A stretch of 64,000 bases of DNA from Eledone cirrhosa (GCA_964016885.1 OZ024741.1:275776001-275840000), one strand, 5' to 3'; counted from the stretch's first letter, positions 23,470-37,135 are shown. The notes: a model not told the origin generated them from the letters alone. Program-made: numbers and translations.

Positions 23470-24212
23470 TGTTTCTACATTAGCCACAGGGGCACAAAAG
23501 AAGGGGACAAATACAAAGGGGGAAGTTTACATACAATAAAAACGTGTAAAATGTTATCACAAATGCAATTTAAAAAATTAGTCGATTTTCCCCAATAGGG
23601 GGAGACAGTTCATATGGGTAACATACCCCTGAAAAAATGTGCAACCCTCATCTCCAGGAGTACGAAGAGTTTGTACTCCTTTCCTCTCCTCCTTTTCCTC
23701 AACCTACAGGCTGATATAGAGAGAAGGCCCATTCATTCGGGCCATTCTCGTCACTTTCACCCACCTTTCATAAAACTTGCTGGGGTACAGCACCTCTCTC
23801 TCCATCCTGATTGTTCTTCTAAAGTGGTATTTGAAAAAAAGAATCAGTTGTTGGCCAGAGAGAAAGGTGTCTGACCTCAGCCCTTTCAACCTTGTCCACC
23901 ATACAACCTCTTTCGCCATAGCTATCACACAAAAGAAAACCGCCTCTCCTTCGTTTTTGAAGGAGGGTGGCGGTTTGATCATGACAATGGACTCGGTGGT
24001 CAACCGGATTGGTCGCACCTGCGACAATAGTCATTCTACATAGCCCCACAGGTCTTCCTCTATGCTTAGAGTTTCTCCGAGCGCGTCGTCGCACTTGCTG
24101 CTGACCAACCCTCTATAGAATGACGAAGTGGAGTCTCCACTGATCGCCGGGTCTGCCTGCCAGAGGGCTGTGAGCGCCTGAGCACATTCGATGTACCAGT
24201 CACCCATTTTCC
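23470..24212 (-). mobile_element. Tx1/L1-clade LINE 3' fragment with 3' UTR
   Basis: Paralogous to 21946-22757 (PPSFKNEGEAVFFC); flanked by GATA repeats on both sides. Confidence 0.75.
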
Positions 24213-24634
24213 TCAGTAGATAGATAGATAGATGAGAGAGAGAGAGAGAGAGAGAGTTAGAGAAAGAAAGATATACTAATATCAGCTACTTACCAAAGAC
24301 ATTTCAACACTTTCCATTTTTCCTTTACTTCGAGAAAACTGTTGATATTAATGACAAGGATGTTGATGATGATGATGATGACTATGTTCTCCTTCTTGGT
24401 GTTGTTGATGTTGTTGGTGGTAGTGGTGGTGGTGTTGTTGGTGGTCGTGTGGTGGTGGTGGTGGTGAATGGTAAAGAGGGAGTGGATTGTGAATGGTCAA
24501 AAGTGGAATGAAGGAGCCAGTTGTGACCAACACTACTGAATACCATCACACTGGACACAGAAGTGAAGCAACATTGTCTATAGAATTCTTTATATAGTTG
24601 ACAGAGAGACAGGAGTGGGGGAGCTGTATCAGAT

Positions 24635-25015
24635 CTGTGTGTGTGTCTGTGTGTGTCACTGTGCTCTGTATGTGTGTGTGTGTCTGTTACTGTGCTGTAT
24701 GTGTGTGTGTGTGACTGTGTTTGTGTGTGTGTGTCACTACACTGTGTGTACGTGTCTATCTGTTACTGTGCTCTGTGTGTGTGTGTGTGTGTGTCTGTTA
24801 CTGTGCTGTATGTGTATGTGTGTGTGTCTGTGTTTGTGTGTGTCACTGCACTGTGTGCACGTGTCTGTCTGTCTCTGTGCTCTGTGTGTGTGTGTGTGTG
24901 TGGGTGTGAGTACTTGTGTATATGTGTGTATGATATGTATGCACTGTGTATAAATGGGTGTATCCATATGTGTATATTTGTGTAAATATTTGCTAATGAT
25001 ATATGTATGTATTTG
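24635..25015. repeat. Compound (TG)n low-complexity tract
   Basis: Directly visible. Confidence 0.9.
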
Positions 25016-28000
25016 TGTGGTTGTAGTGATGGTGGTGGTTGTGGTGGTAGTGATGGTGGTGGTTGTGGTGGTAGTGGTTGTGGTGGTTGTGGTGGTAGTG
25101 GTTGTGGTGGTTGTGGTGGTAGTGGTTGTGGTGGTTGTGGTGGTAGTTGTTGTGGTGGTTGTGGTGGTAGTGGTTGTGGTGGTAGTGGTGGTAGTGGTTG
25201 TGGTGGTTGTGGTGGTAGTTGTTGTGGTGGTTGTGGTTGTGGTGGTAGTGGTGGTAGTGGTTGTGGTGGTTGTGGTGGTAGTGGGTGTGGTGGTTGTGGT
25301 GGTAGTGGTTGTGGTGGTAGTGGTTGTGGTGGTTGTGGTGGTAGTGGTTGTGGTGGAAGTGGTGGTAGTGGTTGTGGTGGTTGTGGTGGTAGTGGTTGTG
25401 GTGGTTGTGGTGGTAGTGGTTGTGGTGGTTGTGGTGGTAGTGGTTGTGGTGGTAGTGGTTGTGGTGGTTGTGGTGGTAGTGGTTGTGGTGGTAGTGGTGG
25501 TAGTGGTTGTGGTGGTTGTGGTGGTAGTGGTTGTGGTGGTTGTGGTGGTAGTGGTTGTGGTGGTTGTGGTGGTAGTGGTTGTGGTGGTTGTGGTGGTAGT
25601 GGTTGTGGTGGTTGTGGTGGTAGTGGTTGTGGTGGTAGTGGTGGTAGTGGTTGTGGTGGTTGTGGTTGTGGTGGTTGTGGTGGTTGTGGTTGTGGTGGTT
25701 GTGGTGGTAGTGGTTGTGGTGGTTGTGGTGGTAGTGGTTGTGGTGGTTGTGGTGGTAGTGGTTGTGGTGGTAGTGGTTGTGGTGGTTGTGGTGGTAGTGG
25801 GTGTGGTGGTTGTGGTGGTAGTGGTTGTGGTGGTAGTGGTTGTGGTGGTTGTGGTGGTAGTGGTTGTGGTGGAAGTGGTGGTAGTGGTTGTGGTGGTTGT
25901 GGTGGTAGTGGTTGTGGTGGTTGTGGTGGTAGTGGTTGTGGTGGTAGTGGTGGTAGTGGTTGTGGTGGTAGTGGTTGTGGTGGTTGTGGTGGTAGTGGTT
26001 GTGGTGGTTGTGGTGGTTGTGGTGGTAGTGGTTGTGGTGGTTGTGGTGGTAGTGGTTGTGGTGGTTGTGGTGGTAGTGGTTGTGGTGGTAGTGGTGGTAG
26101 TGGTTGTGGTGGTTGTGGTGGTAGTGGTTGTGGTGGTTGTGGTGGTAGTGGTTGTGGTGGTTGTGGTGGTAGTGGTTGTTGTGGTTGTGGTGGTTGTGGT
26201 GGTAGTGGTTGTGGTGGTTGTGGTGGTTGTGGTGGTATTGGTTGTGGTGGTAGTGATGGTGGTGGTTGTGGTGGTGGTGGTTGTGGTGGTAGTGATGGTG
26301 GTGGTTGTGGTGGTAGTGGTTGTGGTGGTTGTGGTGGTAGTGGTTGTGGTGGTTGTTTTGGTAGTGGTTGTGGTGGTTGTGGTGGTAGTGGTTGTGGTGG
26401 TTGTGGTGGTAGTGGTTGTGGTGGTTGTGGTGGTAGTGGTTGTGGTGGTAGTGGTTGTGGTAGTAGTGATGGTGGTGGTTGTGGTGGTAGTGGTTGTTGT
26501 GGTTGTGGTGGTAGTGGTTGTGGTGGTTGTGGTGGTAGTGGTTGTGGTGGTTGTGGTGGTAGTGGTTGTGGTGGTTGTGGTGGTAGTGGTTGTGGTGGTT
26601 GTGGTGGTAGTGGTTGTGGTGGTAGTGATGGTGGTGGTTGTGGTGGTAGTGGTTGTGGTGGTTCTGGTGGTAGTGGTTGTGGTGGTTGTGGTGGTAGTGG
26701 TTGTGGTGGTTGTGGTGGTAGTGGTTGTGGTGGTAGTGGTTGTGGTGGTTGTGGTGGTAGTGGTTGTGGTGGTGGTGGTGGTAGTGGTTGTGGTCGTTGT
26801 GGTGGTAGTGGTTGTGGTGGTTGTGGTGGTAGTGGTTGTGGTGGTAGTGATGGTGGTGGTTGTGGTGCTAGTGGTTGTGGTGGTTGTGGTGGTAGTGGTT
26901 GTGGTGGTAGTGGTTGTGGTGGCTGTGGTGGTAGTGGTTGTGGTGGTAGTGATTGTGGTGGTTGTGGTGGTAGTGGTTGTGGTGGTTGTGGTTGTGGTGG
27001 TTGTGGTGGTAGTGGTTGTGGTGGTTGTGGTGGTAGTGGTTGTGGTGGTTGTGGTGGTAGTGGTTGTGGTGGTTGTGGTGGTAGTGGTTGTGGTGGTTGT
27101 GGTGGTAGTGGTTGTGGTGGTTGTGGTGGTAGTGGTTGTGGTGGTTGTGGTGGTAGTGGTAGTGGTGGTTGTGGTGGTAGTGGTTGTGGTGGTTGTGGTG
27201 GTAGAGGTTGTGGTGGTTGTGGTGGTAGTGGTTGTGGTGGTTGTGGTGGTTGTGGTGGTAGTGGTTGTGGTGGTTGTGGTGGTAGTGGTTGTGGTGGTTG
27301 TGGTGGTAGTGGTTGTGGTGGTTGTGGTGGTAGTGGTTGTGGTGGTTGTGGTGGTAGTGGTTGTGGTGGTTGTGGTGGTTGTGGTGGTAGTGGTTGTGGT
27401 GGTGGTGGTGGTAGTGGTTGTGGTGGTAGTGGTTGTGGTGGTTGTGGTGGTAGTGGTTGTGGTGGTTGTGGTGGTAGTGGTTGTGGTGGTTGTGGTGGTA
27501 GTGGTTGTGGTGGTTGTGGTGGTAGTGGTTGTGGTGGTTGTGGTGGTAGTGGTTGTGGTGGTTGTGGTGGTAGTGGTTGTGGTGGTTGTGGTGGTTGTGG
27601 TGGTAGTGGTTGTGGTGGTTGTGGTGGTAGTGGTTGTGGTGGTTGTGGTGGTAGTGGTTGTGGTGGTTGTGGTGGTAGTGGTTGTGGTGGTAGTGGTGGT
27701 AGTGGTTGTGGTGGTAGTGGTTGTGGTGGTTGTGGTGGTAGTGGTTGTGGTGGTTGTGGTGGTAGTGGTTGTGGTGGTTGTGGTGGTAGTGGTTGTGGTG
27801 GTTGTGGTGGTAGTGGTTGTGGTGGTTGTGGTGGTAGTGGTTGTGGTGGTAGTGGTGGTAGTGGTTGTGGTGGTTGTGGTGGTAGTGGGTGTGGTGGTAG
27901 TGGGTGTGGTGGTTGTGGTGGTAGTGGTTGTGGTGGTAGTGGTGGTAGTGGTTGTGGTGGTAGTGGTTGTGGTGGTTGTGGTGGTAGTGGTTGTGGTGGT

Positions 28001-31000
28001 TGTGGTGGTAGTAGTTGTGGTGGTTGTGGTGGTAGTGGTTGTGGTGGTAGTGGTGGTAGTGGTTGTGGTGGTTGTGGTGGTAGTGGTTGTGGTGGTTGCG
28101 GTGGTAGTGGTTGTGGTGGTTGTGGTGGTAGTGGTTGTGGTGGTTGTGGTGGTAGTGGTTGTGGTGGTTGTGGTGGTATTGGTTGTGGTGGTAGTGATGG
28201 TGGTGGTTGTGGTGGTGGTGGTTGTGGTGGTAGTGATGGTGGTGGTTGTGGTGGTAGTGGTTGTGGTGGTTGTGGTGGTAGTGGTTGTGGTGGTTGTGGT
28301 GGTAGTGGTTGTGGTCGTTGTGGTGGTAGTGGTTGTGGTCGTTGTGGTGGTAGTGGTTGTGGTGGTTGTGGTGGTAGTGGTTGTGGTGGTAGTGATGGTG
28401 GTGGTTGTGGTGCTAGTGGTTGTGGTGGTTGTGGTGGTAGTGGTTGTGGTGGTTGTGGTGGTAGTGGTTGTGGTGGTTGTGGTGGTAGTGATTGTGGTGG
28501 TTGTGGTGGTAGTGGTTGTGGTGGTTGTGGTTGTGGTGGTTGTGGTGGTAGTGGTTGTGGTGGTTGTGGTGGTAGTGGTTGTGGTGGTAGTGATGGTGGT
28601 GGTTGTGGTGGTAGTGGTTGTGGTGGTTGTGGTGGTAGTGGTTGTGGTGGTTGTGGTGGTAGTGGTTGTGGTGGTTGTGGTGGTAGTGGTTGTGGTGGTT
28701 GTGGTGGTAGTGGTTGTGGTGGTTGTGGTGGTTGTGGTGGTAGTGGTTGTGGTGGTTGTGGTGGTAGTGGTTGTGGTGGTTGTGGTGGTAGTGGTTGTGG
28801 TGGTTGTGGTGGTAGTGGTTGTGGTGGTTGTGGTAGTAGTGGTGGTAGTGGTTGTGGTGGTAGTGGTTGTGGTGGTTGTGGTGGTAGTGGTTGTGGTGGT
28901 TGTGGTGGTAGTGGTTGTGGTGGTTGTGGTGGTAGTGGTTGTGGTGGTAGTGGTGGTAGTGGTTGTGGTGGTTGTGGTGGTAGTGGTTGTGGTGGTTGTG
29001 GTGGTAGTGGGTGTGGTGGTTGTGGTGGTAGTGGTTGTGGTGGTAGTGGTGGTAGTGGTTGTGGTGGTTGTGGTGGTAGTGGTTGTGGTGGTAGTGGTTG
29101 TGGTGGTAGTGGTTGTGGTGGTTGTGGTGGTAGTGGTTGTGGTGGTTGTCTTGGTATTGGTTGTGGTGGTTGTGGTGGTAGAGGTTGTGGTGGTAGTGGT
29201 TGTGGTGGTTGTGGTGGTAGTGGTTGTGGTGGTTGTGGTGGTAGTGGTTGTGGTGGTAGTGGTTGTGGTGGTTGTGGTGGTAGTGGTTGTGGTGGTAGTG
29301 GTTGTGGTGGTTGTGGTGGTAGTGGTGGTAGTGGTTGTGGTGGTAGTGGTTGTGGTGGTTGTGGTGGTAGTGGTTGTGGTGGTTGTGGTGGTAGTGGTTG
29401 TGGTGGTTGTGGTGGTAGTGATTGTGGTGGTTGTGGTGGTAGTGGTTGTGGTGGTTGTGGTGGTAGTGATTGTGGTGGTTGTGGTGGTAGTGGTAGTGGT
29501 GGTTGTGGTGGTAGTGGTTGTGGTGGTTGTGGTGGTAGTGGTTGTGGTGGTAGTGATGGTGGTGGTTGTGGTGGTGGTGGTTGTGGTGATTGTGGTGGTA
29601 GTGGTTGTGGTGGTTGTGGTGGTAGTGGTTGTGGTGGTGGTGGTGGTGGTGGTTGTGGTGGTTGTGGTGGTAGTGGTTGTGGTGGTTGTGGTGGTAGTGG
29701 TTGTGGTGGTAGTGATGGTGGTGGTTGTGGTGGTAGTGGTTGTGGTGGTTGTGGTGGTAGTGGTTGTGGTGGTTGTGGTGGTAGTGGTTGTGGTGGTTGT
29801 GGTGGTAGTGGTTGTGGTGGTTGTGGTGGTAGTGGTTGTGGTGGTTGTGGTGGTAGTGGGTGTGGTGGTTGTGGTGGTAGTGGTTGTGGTGGTAGTGGTG
29901 GTAGTGGTTGTGGTGGTTGTGATGGTAGTGGTTGTGGTGGTTGTGGTGGTAGTGGTTGTGGTGGTTGTGGTTGTGGTGGTTGTGGTGGTAGTGGTTGTGG
30001 TGGTTGTGGTGGTAGTGGTTGTGGTGGTTGTGGTGGTAGTGGGTGTGGTGGTTGTGGTGGTAGTGGTTGTGGTGGTAGTGGTGGTAGTGGTTGTGGTGGT
30101 AGTGGTTGTGGTGGTTGTGGTGGTAGTGGTTGTGGTGGTAGTGATGGTGGTGGTGGTAGTGGTGGTGGTTGTGGTGGTTGTGGTGGTAGTGGTTGTGGTG
30201 GTTGTGGTGGTAGTGGTTGTGGTGGTAGTGGTTGTGGTGGTTGTGGTGGTAGTGGTGGTAGTGGTTGTGGTGGTAGTGGTTGTGGTGGTTGTGGTGGTAG
30301 TGGTTGTGGTGGTTGTGGTGGTAGTGGTTGTGGTGGTTGTGGTGGTAGTGGTTGTGGTGGTTGTGGTGGTAGTGGTTGTGGTGGTTGTGGTGGTAGTGAT
30401 TGTGGTGGTTGTGGTGGTAGTGGTAGTGGTGGTTGTGGTGGTAGTGGTTGTGGTGGTTGTGGTGGTAGTGGTTGTGGTGGTAGTGATGGTGGTGGTTGTG
30501 GTGGTGGTGGTTGTGGTGATTGTGGTGGTAGTGGTTGTGGTGGTTGTGGTGGTAGTGGTTGTGGTGGTGGTGGTGGTGGTGGTTGTGGTGGTTGTGGTGG
30601 TAGTGGTTGTGGTGGTTGTGGTGGTAGTGGTTGTGGTGGTAGTGATGGTGGTGGTTGTGGTGGTAGTGGTTGTGGTGGTTGTGGTGGTAGTGGTTGTGGT
30701 GGTTGTGGTGGTAGTGGTTGTGGTGGTTGTGGTGGTAGTGGTTGTGGTGGTTGTGGTGGTAGTGGTTGTGGTGGTAGTGATGGTGGTGGTGGTAGTGGTG
30801 GTGGTTGTGGGGGTTGTGATGGTAGTGGTTGTGGTGGTTGTGGTGGTAGTGATGGTGGTGGTTGTGGTGGGAGTGATGGGGGAGGTAGTGATTGTGGTGG
30901 TGGTGGTGGTGGTAGTGATGGTGGTGGTAGTGATGGTGGTGGTGGTGGTAGTGATGATGGTGGTAGTGATGGTGGTGGTGGTGGTGGTAGTGATGGTAGT

Positions 31001-32600
31001 GATGGTGGTGGTAGTGATGGTGGTGGTGGTGGTAGTCATGGTGGTGGTGGTTGTGGTGGTAGTGATGGTGGTGTTGTGGTGATGGTTGTGGTGGTGGTAG
31101 TGATGGTGGTGGTCGTGGAGGTGGTTGTGGTGGTGGTGGTGGTGGTGATGGTGGTGGTTGTGGTTGTGGTGGTGGTTGTGGTGTTGGTGGTGGTAGTGAT
31201 GGTGGTGGTAGTGGGGTGATTGTGGTAGTGATGGTGGTGGTGGTGGTGGTGCTGGTAGTGATGGTGGTGAGGTGGTGTTGGTGCTGGTAGTGATGGTGGT
31301 GGTTGTGGTGGTGGTAGTGACGGTGGTGGTGGTCGTGGTAGTGATGGTGGTGGTTGTGGTGGTGGTTGTGGTGGTAGTGGTTGTGGTGGTTGTGGTGGTA
31401 GTGGTTGTGGTGGTTGTGGTGGTAGTGGTTGTGGTGGTTGTGGTGGTAGTGGGTGTGGTGGTTGTGGTGGTAGTGGTTGTGGTGGTAGTGGTGGTAGTGG
31501 TTGTGGTGGTTGTGATGGTAGTGGTTGTGGTGGTTGTGGTGGTAGTGGTTGTGGTGGTTGTGGTTGTGGTGGTTGTGGTGGTAGTGGTTGTGGTGGTTGT
31601 GGTGGTAGTGGTTGTGGTGGTTGTGGTGGTAGTGGGTGTGGTGGTTGTGGTGGTAGTGGTTGTGGTGGTAGTGGTGGTAGTGGTTGTGGTGGTAGTGGTT
31701 GTGGTGGTTGTGGTGGTAGTGATGGTTGTGGTGGTGGTAGTGATGGTGGTGGTTGTGGGGGTGGTTGTGGTGATGGTAGTGGAGGTTGTGGTAGTGATGG
31801 TGGTGGTGGTGGTGGTTGTGGTGGTGGTAGTGGTGGTGGTTTGTGGTGGTGGTAGTGATGGTGGTGGTGGTAGTGGTGGTTGTGGTGATGGTCGTAATGA
31901 TGGTGGTGGTAGTGGTGATGGTTGTAGTGATGGTGGTGGTGGTGGTAGTGGTGTTGGTTGTAGTGATGGTGGTGGTGGTGGTAGTGGTAGTGGTGGTAGT
32001 GGTGGTTGTGGTGGTGGTAGTGGTGGTTGTGGTGGTGGTAGTGATGGTGGTGGTGGTGGTGGTGGTTGTGTTGGTAGTAGTGATGGTGGTGGTGTTGGCG
32101 GTAGTTGTTGTGGTGTTGGTGGTGGTTGTAGTGATGGTGGTGGTGTTGGCGGTAGTTGTTGTGGTGTTGGTGGTGGTTGTAGTGATGGTGGTTGGTGGTG
32201 ATGGTAGTGATGGTGGTGGTGGTAGTGGTAGTGGTGGTAGTGATGTGGTAGTGGTGGTGGTGGTTGCGGTGGTGGTTGTAGTGATGGTGGTTGTTGTTGG
32301 TGGTGGTTGTGGTAGTGGTGCTGGTGGTTGTAGTGATGGTGTTTGGTGTTGGTGGTGGTTGTGGTGGTGGTGGTGATTGGTGGTGGTTGTGGTGGTGATG
32401 GTAGTGGTGGTTGTGGTGGTGGTAGTGGTAGTGGTGGTTGTGGTAGTGGTTGTGGTGGTGGTTGTAGTGATGGTGGTAGTGGTTGTGGTGGTGGTGGTAG
32501 TGGTGGTGGTGGTGGTAATGGCAGTGGTGATGACAGTGGTGGTGGTATTGGCAGTGGTGGTGGTGGTGGTATTGGCAGTGGTGATGGCAATGCTCTCCGT
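25015..32600. repeat. 7.6-kb (GGT/TGT/AGT) compound repeat with 24-nt core and higher-order duplications
   Basis: The core unit is ggtggttgtggtggtagtggttgt. Rare variants recur at fixed offsets (e.g. 516 bp, 930 bp). Confidence 0.95.
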
Positions 32601-33358
32601 AGTGTTATTATCAATAGTAACATTAGCACAGAAGATAACACTATCAGTAGTGACGGGGAGGGTAGTGGGGTTGTCTTTTGTTGTTGGTCTTCTTGAGTCT
32701 TCCATTAGAATCTCCCTTCACATCTTGGAAACTTTGTAGTTGATTAAATTAAATGGAACTCATTGTTTTATTTTACCAACATTTTAGGTTTCGCTTTTTG
32801 GTCTTTACTCACCACATCCCCCTCTCCCTCTCACCCATTCACTCACCCATCACCATTCCCTCACTAACTAAACCATCCCCTACCCCTCACTCACCCATCA
32901 TCAGACTTTGATTTTACTTAATCTATTTACACACTGCACACTACAGCTGCCTTAACTCTGGAATACAACCCACACGAGATGGACCTCATAACAGTATTGA
33001 GTGCTTCGAATGGCGCACCATCTGCAGTTACACCCCTAACATATGTACATTGGTTAATGACCGAAAGAATACAATAGCGAATACAAGCGACTAAAATAGG
33101 TTTCGTCCAAAGGGCTTTTGCAGTAATGTTACTTGATAGAGTGTGTAGCTCGGAGATCAGAGAGTTGCTCCAGGTAGAGTTGCTACTTCTCTGAATTGAG
33201 AGATCACAGCTCTGATAACATCCATGATTTTGGCTGGTCTTGCTTAGGGATTCAGCTGGATCAATTAGAGACAGTTGTTTCTGACAGAACCCACTGGAAG
33301 GAGTGTTTGAAGTTTCTTCTCCCACGACCCTCTCACGAATTTGTGGGTGAAGAAGAAC

Positions 33359-33447
<89 letters not shown>

Positions 33448-33479
33448 TGGGTGTGTGTATGTGTGTGTGTGTGTGTGCA

Positions 33480-33620
33480 TCCAGGGTTTAAGCGCGGGTA
33501 CCCACAGTAAGTAAGGTACTCAATACATAGTAGAGTATATAATGTTTAATATAGAAATGGTTTCTTCATGACTGGAACTGTTTCATTTGAAGGAAATCTT
33601 CAGGAAAACCAACTGACATT
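33480..33620 (-). mobile_element. PLE-like terminal segment with decayed HHR (33559-33610)
   Basis: Homologous to 55368-55490 and 12245-12395; CTGAAGA..GAAA is present but the cleavage-site U is mutated. Confidence 0.55.
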
Positions 33621-34373
33621 TTGATATGGTGGTATTTATAGGTTTTCTGGTGGTAGGGATAGGTGGTGATTGGCATGGGTGGAGGTCATTGGCCAGGGGA
33701 TTTTAAGAACAGGGATTCTTTGAAAAAACTATATCTAGAGAAATATAGTTGTAATACATAGGCAAATTTAAAAAGCATTCACACTATACAAACACATACA
33801 TACTGACAATCACATACACACCAAGTAGCTATAAACAAACACATACATATACACAGCCACACCTGTTTTTTTTTTATCCTAAGCAAACAAAGGGTGTTTC
33901 TGTATATCTAACAAAGCAACAGACTTTAAAAAAAAAACTATGACAAGTGAAAGTTGTTGTTGTTGGTTAGCTGACACACGCGCCAACGACTCCTTTTTCC
34001 TAAACTGGAGGCGGTGAGGGAGGAGGACCCTTGGAGTTACAGATAAGTGCTTCTTAGCCTTTTAAATTAACAGAAAAGCAGCCGCTGGGGATCGCGAAGA
34101 AGACTTTTATCCGAGGTTTTTTCTTGTTTTCAACTAATGTGACCTCCAACATGCTCACAATCGCCTTTCTCCCCGGAAACGGGAGGGGAGGCATGAGGGG
34201 GTACCTATACAGTATGTGTGTAAATACATCAACAATGGTTCCGATCTATATATATTTATTTACACTTGAGGGCGACTGACTAAAGTAGAAGATGCTAGAT
34301 GGTCGATCGTCCTCTAGTCTTTGATTTTCAGCCCCATGGATTTTATCTGTTATATTCCTTTGTTATATATCGA

Positions 34374-34431
34374 ATACCTGATGATATCACCGGATTCATA
34401 CGGAACCCGGTCATTGAAATGATCATAGTAT
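34374..34431 (+). ncRNA. Type I hammerhead ribozyme
   Basis: atac-CTGATGA-[..accgg..ccggt..]-GAAA-tgatca-TA-gtat; palindromic helix III and AUA site. Confidence 0.7.
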
Positions 34432-34796
34432 AATGAACCTTTCAAGGATTTACACAAGTTCAGCCTCCTGTTATTTTATTATAATAATTAACTCCGTATT
34501 AGCACCACCAACTACACAAACGAAGACGGGTGAGCTGCATTACGTTGAGTACTCTCCATAATATTACATCGAGATTGACCCTGCGGAATGACCAATTCTA
34601 TCCAGTGGTGAACCAACAAACCTAAATATATTTATTTACATATATTTGTGTCAGTACGTTTTTGTGTGTATGTATATATATGTGTATGTATATGTATTTA
34701 TATATATATATTGTTATACTTGAGGAGGGTCATTGTTGTAATAATATTGCCAGAAATAATAACTAAACACACTCACTGTTTGGTTGGTTTTCGCTT

Positions 34797-35056
34797 CTGC
34801 ATCTTTTATATCTCCATAGTTAATTCATTTGGCAATCAATGTTTATCATTGACTGACCAATGGTTAAAAATACAGATATAAATATATATATAGTCTATCA
34901 AAGTTCTTTTGTTGCACATCTGCAACATCTTTTATATCTCCATAGTTAATTCATTTGGCAATCAATGTTTATCATTGACTGACCAATGGTTAAAAATACA
35001 GATATAAATATATATATAGTCTATCAAAGTTCTTTTGTTGCACATCTGCAACATCA
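34797..35056. repeat. ~127-bp exact tandem duplication
   Basis: catcttttatatctccatagttaattcatttggc...gttgcacatctgcaa occurs twice. Confidence 0.85.
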
Positions 35057-35209
35057 TCAGTGGTACTATTATCATGTTTCCCCCTATTGTGTTGTATTGT
35101 AGTGTTTACGCCATTTTTATTTTATTTATATATATATATATAAATATATATATCTATATAAGCGCTTCTCAGCCTTTTAAATTTATATATATATATATAT
35201 ATATATATA

Positions 35210-36880
35210 TCATCATCATCATCATCATCATCATTTAACGTCCATATTCCACGCTTGCATGGGTTTGGACGTGTGTTTTCCCACTTGAGGCAAGAGTGGT
35301 TGTCTTGCTCGTATAGGACTGTCTGGCGGGTTTTCTACGGCTGGATGCCCTTCCTAACACCAACCACATTTACAGTGTGGAACTGGGAGGTTTTTACCGT
35401 GTTACCTACACGGCCACATTACAGCGTGGACTGTGTGTTTTTTTGTCGTGACACCTACACGACCTCATTTGTTTCGGGCTGGATGTTGTGGTACCAACAT
35501 AACTTTACATTGAAAGGGGTGGTGTGGATGGGGTGGGGGTAGTGGGACGGGGGGGTGTATTTTGTTAGAGGTGCCTACTGACTGTAGTAGGTTTCACTTT
35601 GTACTTAGGTAAGGCGGGTCTTCTCTATTACTGTGTAGCGCCAAAGCTCTCGGTCCAGTGACATTCTCTTGGAGAGGTGTAAGAGTGTGAGGTCGGAATT
35701 TATCAAGTCGTCCCAGATTTTTCTGGGTCTGCCTACTCCGTGGCTACCGTCTATTTTTATTGCCCTGCACTTTTTTATACAGCTGTCGTCTTTCATGCGC
35801 ATCACGTGACCATACCAACGTAGCCTTCTCTCGAGTAAACAACATCTGATCCCTCTTATTTCTAATTTTTCCCTTAGCTCGCTTATGCTTTGCTGTTCAC
35901 GTATATTACTATTACACATCCAGTGGAGCATGCAAGCTTCGTTCCTCTCCAGTCTGCGTATATCCTCTGCACACAATGCCCAGGTCTCACTGCCATGCAA
36001 CATTGCTGTTCATATGCAGGCAACATACAGCCTGCCTTTCATTTTTAGGGAGAACCCTTTAGCGGCTAATGGTGGTATAAGCTCTCTGAACTTTTTTCAT
36101 CCAGTTCTGACTCTAGCTACTGTACTTTCAGAGCACCCTCCCCCACTGCTGATTTTGTCACCCAGGTAATGGAAGCTGTCCACTATTTCTATAGAACCAT
36201 CTGTGCAATGGAATGAGCTAGTATTCAGTGAGCACTTGCTGCTACTTATTGCACCAGAGCACCGGCCACATATAAAATCTATATTCTTAGTTAGCTTACC
36301 TGTGATCCCACTACATCTTTTATGCACCCATACTTTGCATTTGGGACATAAAATGGAGTTTCTACCTACTCCTTTCCTACACACTGAGCATGGCCATTTC
36401 CCGGATGGGACCGGCGCCCTATTTTCCTTCCTACAAACTAGAACTTTAGTCTTAGACAGGTTAATTTTAAGGCCTTTTGATTCTAGGCCATGCTTCCATG
36501 TTTGGAATTTCTTCTCTAGTTCGGCCATTGATTCAGCTATGAGCGTTAGATCATCTGCGTATAGGAGTTCCCGTGGGCAGCCGGTCTTGAACTCCACTGT
36601 TATAGCCTGAAGGGCGATAATAAATAGTAGGGGGCTAAGAATGGAGCCCTGATGAACACCAACTTTTACGCTAAACTCTTCACTATATTCGTTGTTAATT
36701 CTAACCTTTATACATGGCTTGTATAGCTCTCACAAGCCATTCATCAACACCTAGTTTTCTAAGAGCCCACCAGATAATGGAACGGGGGACTCTGTCGAAG
36801 GCTTTCTCCAAGTCGACAAAAGCTAAGTATAGGGGTTTACTTTTAGCTAGGTACTTCTCCTGTAGTTGTCGTACAATGAA
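35210..36880 (-). mobile_element. 5'-truncated RTE LINE (same family as 18379-21940)
   Basis: DLEKAFDRVP, ELLYADDL, internal Cys finger, LRWYGHV motifs and a (GAT)n tail. Confidence 0.9.
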
Positions 36881-37034
36881 ATATATATATATATATATAA
36901 CTTTCTCCAACATATACTCAATATATATATATTGAGTATATGTTGGACAAAGTTATACACCTGATGTCACCGAAATATATATAGCAGTAATAAACAAAGC
37001 CAAATTTTAAACATTTGACTTATTTATTTTATTT

Positions 37035-37098
<64 letters not shown>

Positions 37099-37135
37099 TA
37101 CAAGAATAATCAAAACTATGTTCAAAACATTTTAT

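Noticed and set aside
24737-32705. Giant ORFs (2634, 2042, 2070 and 1430 aa) as genes
   Set aside because: They are translations of a triplet repeat that lacks stops in several frames on both strands. There is no domain, and the reading frames shift at the repeat edges.
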